Source: an uncultured Verrucomicrobiae bacterium (GTDB lineage: Bacteria; Verrucomicrobiota; Verrucomicrobiia; Limisphaerales; Palsa-1400). From it: a stretch of DNA of 64,000 nt. A program made the translations under genes and the position numbers. Below the pieces are notes generated by a model, which was given only the letters and a program-made list of their open reading frames with translations, made no database searches and was not told where the DNA came from. Each line of letters begins with the position of its first letter. Positions within the stretch are counted from its first letter, which is position 1. Below are positions 59,611-64,000 of this stretch, one piece after another. The stretch is from positions 992,001 to 1,056,000 of the forward strand of contig CAVXRD010000002.1 in assembly GCA_963764165.1 (NCBI GenBank). Reading direction: 5' to 3'.

Positions 59611-59774
59611 CCCACGGGTCCCCTTAGTCCCATTCCTCCCACCAAAATGAGAGGAATGGGAATTATGGGACGGATGCGCTCGATGACCGAAGTGAACGAC
59701 AATTTCAAAATTCTGTGCTAAAAAAATCTTTTTCTCTGGTCTTCGCGACGCCCCCGGCGTCATCTTAAAGACCT

Positions 59775-61115
59775 ATGACCAACGATGTTTCCGGGCCACC
59801 CCGCTTGAGCCGGCGAAGTTTTCTAAAAGTCACTGGAGCGGCCGCCGCCGCCGTGGCGTTCCCGACGATCATTCCCGCCTCCGCCCTCGGGCGCGACGGG
59901 CGTCCCGCCCCGTCGGAGCGCATCAACATCGGCGCGGTCGGCTGGGGCATGCAAGGGCCCTATAACATTGAGGAGTTCATGAAGTTCAATGACGTCCAGG
60001 TCATGGCCACTTGCAATATCGACAAAGAGCATCTCAAAAAATCCGTCAAGGCCATCAATGATCACTACAAGAAAAAGGTGGCCAAGACATTTTCCGATTA
60101 CCGGAAAATGATGGCGCACAAGGATATTGATGCGGTGATGATCGCGGTGCCGGATCATTGGCACGAATTGATCGCGGTCGAAGCGGCGCGGCACAAGAAA
60201 GACATTTGGGGCGAAAAGCCGCTGGCTAAAACCATCGCCGAACAGCAGCGCATCGTACAGGCCGTGCATGAAAATGGCTGCATCTGGCAGACCGGCTCGT
60301 GGCAGCGTTCGAGCGGAAGTTTTCACAAGGCGGCGGAAATCGTTCGCAACGGCTTGATCGGGAAAGTCACGAATGTCGAGGTCGGGCTGCCTTCGGGCCA
60401 TACAGATTTCGCCAAAACCGCGCAGTTTGACCAGATCACCAAACCGCCTCGGAACTTGAATTACGAGCGCTGGATCGGCCCGTCGCGCATGATGCCTTAC
60501 ATCAAGGCGCGGACGCACATGAACTGGCGCTGGAATTACAACACCGGCGGCGGCCAATTGCTGGATTGGGTCGGCCACCATCTGGACATTGCGCATTGGG
60601 GGCTTGGCTTCGACTTGAGCGGGCCTTACGAAGTTGATGGCACCGGGGAATTTCCTCCGCACGATGCGATGTGGAACACCGCCACCAAATTCACGGTCGA
60701 GATGAAATATCCAGATGATATCCACATCACCATGGCCGGAGGCCGCGACGAAATCAAGGGTGGGACAAAATGGATCGGCACGGAGGGATGGGTTTATGTG
60801 GATCGCGGCAAGTTCGAAGCCTCCAACGAGGATTGGAAGGACATCAAGGAACTGCCGGAAGACGAATTGAAAATCAAATTGGTGCGCTCGACGAACCATC
60901 ATCGCAACTTTATTGACAGCGTAAAATCGCGGAAGCCGACGCTCACGCCGGCAGAAGTGGCGCATCACTCCGCAACTCCCGGACACCTTGGTTACATCTC
61001 GATGGTTCTCGGACGGAAACTCCGCTGGGATGTGGCGACTGAAACCATTCGCGACGATGAAACGGCGACGGCGATGATGTCGCGCATGTTTCGCGCGCCT
61101 TACAACGAGTGGTAA
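59775..61115 (+). CDS. Gfo/Idh/MocA oxidoreductase with Tat signal
   Basis: SRRSFLK; G.VGWG..G, DAVMIA.PDHWH, EKP, D...HHLD. Confidence 0.93.
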   Translation: MTNDVSGPPRLSRRSFLKVTGAAAAAVAFPTIIPASALGRDGRPAPSERINIGAVGWGMQGPYNIEEFMKFNDVQVMATCNIDKEHLKKSVKAINDHYKKKVAKTFSDYRKMMAHKDIDAVMIAVPDHWHELIAVEAARHKKDIWGEKPLAKTIAEQQRIVQAVHENGCIWQTGSWQRSSGSFHKAAEIVRNGLIGKVTNVEVGLPSGHTDFAKTAQFDQITKPPRNLNYERWIGPSRMMPYIKARTHMNWRWNYNTGGGQLLDWVGHHLDIAHWGLGFDLSGPYEVDGTGEFPPHDAMWNTATKFTVEMKYPDDIHITMAGGRDEIKGGTKWIGTEGWVYVDRGKFEASNEDWKDIKELPEDELKIKLVRSTNHHRNFIDSVKSRKPTLTPAEVAHHSATPGHLGYISMVLGRKLRWDVATETIRDDETATAMMSRMFRAPYNEW

Positions 61116-61387
61116 AAGGCATCGCAAGGCGCATCTATTGAAGATGCCGAAGGCATCACAGCTTGCAGCCGGTGGTTTAGCAAAGCAATGCCACCGGTTG
61201 CGGTGAAATAAATAAATCGCCCCGGCAGGGGTGACAGGCGGCGCGCTGGCTCCGAGCCTGGCACGCATTTGTTTCCTTGGTGTTAAGGAATTTTGAACAG
61301 AAGGACGCGAAGATCACGAAGGGGGAAAAGAGTTCCTTCGACGGAAACGCTTTGACCGATGTTGCATTGGTTGCAAATTGCGTTTCC

Positions 61388-62788
61388 CTACTTAGAAACG
61401 CATTTCTTGAGGACGCCACAGACTTCTGTCGAATCTATTTGCGGCGGGAGCGGAAGGCCGGCCTCCTGGCAAATCAAAACCGGCTGTTCTCCGGGCGCGG
61501 TCACGCGCCGTCCGTGCGATCCCTTCACAAGTGTTGCGTCAAGAGGAATGACATCCATCAACATTCTGAAGCCGAGCTTCTTTTGCAAGAGACGCTGGAG
61601 AATCCGCAATTTCACGAGCGGAATTTTTGGGTCGAGAAATAATTCCACTGGATCGTAGCCGGGCTTTCGATGGATATCCACACAGCGCGCAAAATCCGGC
61701 GCAACGGCATCATCAAGCCAGTAGTAATAGGTGAACCAAGCGCGTTCGGAGGCGACGGCAATCAAGTCCCCTGCCCTCGGATGATCGATTCCGATGGCGC
61801 GCTTTTCTTCCGCGCCTAGAATTTGCTCAATGTGCGGCTCTTTGCGCAGAACTTCGCGCACGCGTGACGCGAGCGACGGATCGTTGAGGTAAATGTGCGC
61901 CACTTGATGGTCAGCCACCGCAAAAACCTTGCTCGCGCCGCAGTCCAATAGTTCGAGGCCAAGTTCTTCCTTGATCGTGATCCAACCTTCGCGCCGAAAA
62001 ATCCGGTTCAAATGCAACGGCGTATCGACCTCGGATATTCCATATTCGGAAAGCAACGTGACCGACACTTCGCGCGATTGAAAAAATGAAATCAAATCGC
62101 CGACGATGGCGTCGACGCGGCGCAAATCGGACGGAATTTGCGGATGGGCCGGCCCAAGCCGCTGCAAAGCGTAGTCAAGATGAGGAAGATAAACGAGATT
62201 CAGCGTCGGAGAATATTTTCGCTCAATCCACTTGGCTGATTCCGCAATCCAGCGCGACGCGGCATCGGGGGCTCCTTGTGGACTTTCCACACCTGCAGCC
62301 GGGCCCCAAAATGTCGGGAAAGGAAATTCGCCCAACTCCGCCTTGATCTCGGGGCGAATCAAGGCGGGGCCGGTGTAAATATCGAAGACTTTTCTGCCAT
62401 CCGCCGGATACGCGGGCCGGGGCGTGATGGAATAATCGACACTGGCGTACATGTTGTACCACCAGAAAAGCTTGGCGCAGGTGAAGCAGGGATTGCCCGC
62501 GCGAAGCTCATCCCAAATTTTGCGCCCGGCCACCACGTGGTTGGACTGCTTCCAAAAATGCACCTCGGACAGCGTGCGGTCGTACCAGCCATTGGCGACA
62601 ATGCCGTGCTCGCTGGGAGTTTTCCCCGTCAGATAGTTCGATTGCGCCGTGCAAGTGACGGCGGGAAACGCAGGGACAATTCCCGATTGCGAACCAGCTT
62701 CGCGAAACTTCAAAATGTTCGGCATGTCCGGCCCGATGAGAGACCCGGTCAACCCGACAACATTGATGACAGCCAATCGCTGCGGCAC
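61388..62788 (-). CDS. Alkaline phosphatase/nucleotide pyrophosphatase family protein (EboF-like)
   Basis: INVVGL, PAVTCTAQ, HGIVANGWY, FWKQSN, FWWYNM, YLPHLDY, LSEYG, DHQ.AH, DIHRKPGYDP.EL, GSHG; GTG start at 62788 is inferred. Confidence 0.88.
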   Translation of the reverse strand: MPQRLAVINVVGLTGSLIGPDMPNILKFREAGSQSGIVPAFPAVTCTAQSNYLTGKTPSEHGIVANGWYDRTLSEVHFWKQSNHVVAGRKIWDELRAGNPCFTCAKLFWWYNMYASVDYSITPRPAYPADGRKVFDIYTGPALIRPEIKAELGEFPFPTFWGPAAGVESPQGAPDAASRWIAESAKWIERKYSPTLNLVYLPHLDYALQRLGPAHPQIPSDLRRVDAIVGDLISFFQSREVSVTLLSEYGISEVDTPLHLNRIFRREGWITIKEELGLELLDCGASKVFAVADHQVAHIYLNDPSLASRVREVLRKEPHIEQILGAEEKRAIGIDHPRAGDLIAVASERAWFTYYYWLDDAVAPDFARCVDIHRKPGYDPVELFLDPKIPLVKLRILQRLLQKKLGFRMLMDVIPLDATLVKGSHGRRVTAPGEQPVLICQEAGLPLPPQIDSTEVCGVLKKCVSK

Positions 62789-62824
62789 GGCCCCATTATC
62801 CCGCAAGACGGAATCGCCGCAAAT

Positions 62825-63757
62825 TCATTTCAAGCCGATCCCATATTTTTCGAGCGCCAGCAAGGCAACGCCCGCGACGGCAATCAGCCCGCCGATCACC
62901 GCGCGCCGCTGCACGCGCTCGCCCTCCCAATAATGCGCGAAGGGAATCACGATCAGCGGCGTGGTCGCCACAATCGCAAGCACAACGCCCGTCTTGGTGG
63001 TTCGGAGCGCCCATTGGTAACAGGTCACGCCCAAAGTCTGGCCCGCGAAGCCGTTGGCTAGCACCCACGGCCATGCGCGCTTCCATTTTTCGGCTTGCGG
63101 CCAGCGCGGCGCGGACGGATTTTGCCATTGCGCGGCGATTTCGCGGCGTTTAACGATCAACAAGCAAACGCCTCCCACAAATAATCCGCCAATCAAACGC
63201 TGGTAAGCTGCGGTGCCGCCATCGACGCTCTGGTGGTATTTTTCGGCGACGGCGTAGGCGAGCCGGCTCAGGACCGCGCCAAAGGCATTTCCCACGGCCG
63301 CCAATGTCGCAAAACAAATTCCTACGACTAAGGTCGCGCGTTTGACATTGAGATGTTTGGAGGGCGCAATCGCCAGGGCCACGCCAGCCAGAATAATGAC
63401 GCAGGCGGCAAATTGCCGTGTCGTCAATTTGGTTCCCAGCCAAGCCCACTCCAGCGCAGATGCGAAGAGCACCGACAGGCATTGCAACAGCAATGTGCTC
63501 AAACGCGATCCGATTCGCGGCAGTGATTGAAACAAAAAAACATCCGACCCGACGCCGATGATTCCGCTTGTCAAGAAGAGCGGAAACGAAGCCCCGCCGA
63601 GACCGCCGCCGAAAAGATGCGCCCACAGCGCGAGAAAAATAATGGCGGTGGAGAGCCGCCAGAAATTAGCCTCCGAGCCTCCAAGGATTCGCGCGGATTG
63701 AGTCGCGCAAACGATGGAGCCCGCAAACAATATGGCGGTCAATACCGACGGAAACAC
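62825..63757 (-). CDS. DMT/EamA-family transporter
   Basis: About 10 hydrophobic segments in two repeats; G.KL and GERV motifs. Confidence 0.9.
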   Translation of the reverse strand: MFPSVLTAILFAGSIVCATQSARILGGSEANFWRLSTAIIFLALWAHLFGGGLGGASFPLFLTSGIIGVGSDVFLFQSLPRIGSRLSTLLLQCLSVLFASALEWAWLGTKLTTRQFAACVIILAGVALAIAPSKHLNVKRATLVVGICFATLAAVGNAFGAVLSRLAYAVAEKYHQSVDGGTAAYQRLIGGLFVGGVCLLIVKRREIAAQWQNPSAPRWPQAEKWKRAWPWVLANGFAGQTLGVTCYQWALRTTKTGVVLAIVATTPLIVIPFAHYWEGERVQRRAVIGGLIAVAGVALLALEKYGIGLK

Positions 63758-63896
63758 GGCGGGATAATGGCCACAGATTTACACAGATCAACACAGATTT
63801 CCCAAAAAAGCGTTCTATTAACGAGTGTCACCTTGCTTCTGGCACCATCGTGTGCGCCAATTCTCATCTGTGTTGATCTGCGGCTCATTCCCGCCG
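63757..63896. repeat. Paired inverted repeat of the CACAGAT/CGCAGAT family
   Basis: cggcggga..gccacagatttacacagatcaacacagat versus atctgtgttgatctgcggctcattcccgccg. Confidence 0.8.
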
Positions 63897-64000
63897 GACC
63901 CACGAACTTAATTCGGCCACTCCCAATTGGAATTTTCGCGCGTGCTCACGCAGCAAAAATGGAACGTCCAAACGGTGGCGCAATTCAAAGTGCGGAGTCA
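63885..64000 (-). CDS. Possible 3' end of a gene entering from the right
   Basis: Open frame TPHFELRHRLDVPFLLREHARKFQLGVAELSSWVRRE-stop; too short to identify. Confidence 0.4.
   Translation of the reverse strand, partial: TPHFELRHRLDVPFLLREHARKFQLGVAELSSWVRRE

Noticed and set aside
59503..59763. N-terminal extension of the ACT-domain ORF
   Set aside because: It translates REP and repeat DNA; the domain begins at ATG 59502.

Overview
Chromosomal window from a GC-rich bacterium. Gene content and protein style ([16 protein letters not shown] prepilin-like proteins, Thr/Asn-rich secreted proteins) suggest Verrucomicrobia, Pedosphaera-like; this placement is inferred. It carries housekeeping genes (purF, recQ, thrC, hom, pilT-family, rpsT, lpxA, recA, polX, an Hsp70), several two-component systems (one preceded by a TonB receptor and YfiR), a glycan-utilisation-like locus with two prepilin-like genes, and several large secreted proteins sharing a short terminal domain. 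Between recA and polX lies a decayed toxin-antitoxin islet. No rRNA, tRNA, CRISPR array or recognisable transposase/integrase was seen. The most striking unexplained structure is a GxxExxY (PD-(D/E)XK-like) gene with its own promoter enclosed by ~32-bp inverted repeats (32939-33510). The same repeats bound a gene-less 191-bp element (1705-1895) and recur at 54406, suggesting an autonomous/non-autonomous mobile element pair. Other notable features are several intergenic repeat families, a motif that appears to delimit modules in the TA islet, a 36-bp-period palindrome array in a DUF1016 fragment, and two single-base frameshifts. All protein family calls are by-eye motif recognition, not database searches.
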